In this document: positions 62,901 to 64,000 of the stretch, piece by piece
How positions within the stretch are numbered: the first letter of the stretch is position 1
How the letters are laid out: each line of letters opens with the position of its first letter
Source of the DNA: Mesotaenium endlicherianum
Lineage: Eukaryota
DNA length: 64,000 nt
NCBI GenBank assembly: GCA_009602735.1
Contig: WELA01003606.1
Coordinates: 1-64,000, forward strand
Direction: 5' to 3'
The notes under the pieces: model-generated
Seen by the model: only the letters and a program-made list of their open reading frames with translations
Database searches by the model: none
Told to the model about the DNA's origin: nothing
Translations under genes and position numbers: made by a program

Positions 62901-64000
62901 TAGTCAAGTTTCAGAATCAGGGGTTTAAGCATGTGCCATTTGTAGGCGCGGGAGCTTTACCCATGTTGCCCGCGTGTGCGTCCTACGAGCGTGAGGCACA
63001 AAGTGACGATCTCGTTTGAGTGTTAGACTTTGATTCAGACTCTGAAATTTTGTGGAGAGGTAGTCCTATGGGTTGAGAATCAGAAAANATCAGAAAAAGT
63101 AATTTTTTTAATAAAAATAGTAATTTAAGTCCTGACAGTGCCACATGGCGATCTGCTGGACTGCCGTGCGAGCCACATGTGTGAGGCAAGGCGCAATCTG
63201 GTATCATGGTCTTAGGCTTGGAATCAGGAGAAACAAAGCATACCAGTGAGTTCAAAGGGGAGATATTATGTAGATTACACAACTTTCAGGCTAAAAATGT
63301 CAAAAAAAGTCAGGGGGGTGCCACTTGGCGTCTTGAGAGGTCACCACGAGTCACGCACACGAGTGAGAGAGTGCAATACCTCTACAAGGAGTATGGCTTA
63401 GAGCTAGAGGTAGCTAAGGGTACCAGAAGGTTCAGGAACATAGTGGACTTAGGTTCATGATGTAATCTGGTCAAAATTATAAGAGCACCACGAGTAAGCC
63501 ACATGGCGCGACGAGGAGCTGCCACTTGTCCAAGAGGGCGAAAAATGAGTATTTTGGCGATTTGGCGGACTATTATGCCTTGGATCCAGCTTTGAAGTAT
63601 GTGGAGTTGATGGAGGGAGTATGTTACAGCCCTTATGAAGATATTGGCCTATTCCAAGACGAAGGAGTTGAAGAGAAGATGCACTTGTGTAAGGAGACGC
63701 CATGTGTGGAGACAATGTATGCGATGGAGCTTTCACTAAGTGGAGCAAGTTTGGAGTAATGAGTATCAACCTGGAGCCTGTTCAAGACCTGCAACTTGTA
63801 TAATATATGTGAATATGTGTTTTTCTAGCGTATATGTGAGCTCGATTCCTCATATTACGTCACTTATGCTTAGTATGCGCCGACGACGTCGCATCTTGAG
63901 GAGGGGGATGATGTAAGGTTATGAAAGTGTAGTTTGTTTCTTTCTAGTATTTTATGTGCATAGAGTGTGATTTTAGAAGAACTTTGGCCTTTATTTCACG
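59951..64000 (+). mobile_element. Non-autonomous LTR retrotransposon, copy 2 (3' LTR cut by the window end)
   Basis: 5' LTR 59951-60662; PBS TGGTATCGGAGC 60665-60676; internal region collinear and highly similar to copy 1; PPT ~63898-63908; 3' LTR starts at 63912. Confidence 0.96.

Noticed and set aside
1..64000. tRNA, rRNA or other structured RNA genes; non-canonical introns
   Set aside because: None recognised by eye, and the junctions I traced were GT-AG. tRNAscan/Infernal would be needed to exclude small RNAs.

Overview
Intron-rich eukaryotic nuclear DNA. The plant-type genes, many GT-AG introns and microsatellite-rich introns suggest a streptophyte, probably a green alga (inference). 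A gene island (~17.0-56.8 kb) holds five spliced genes that I reconstructed by hand: a DNAJC9/ATJ6-type J-protein (+), an RMT2-type ankyrin/arginine methyltransferase (-), a ubiquitin-like + SAYSvFN (SAYSD1-like) protein (-), an RS-rich CYP63/CYP95-type cyclophilin (+), and a ~30-exon GT2 cellulose synthase with mixed CesA and CslD signatures (-). Both flanks are transposon blocks. On the left is a ~14.1 kb element (2526-16660) with ~0.7 kb terminal inverted repeats and a 7-bp target-site duplication (TSD). It contains a decayed gag relic, into which a young 4.68 kb non-autonomous LTR retrotransposon has inserted. On the right are a Harbinger-like MITE, a solo LTR with a TSD, and a second, independently inserted copy of the same LTR element. 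Family assignments come from remembered motifs, not database searches. Exon borders were read by eye.
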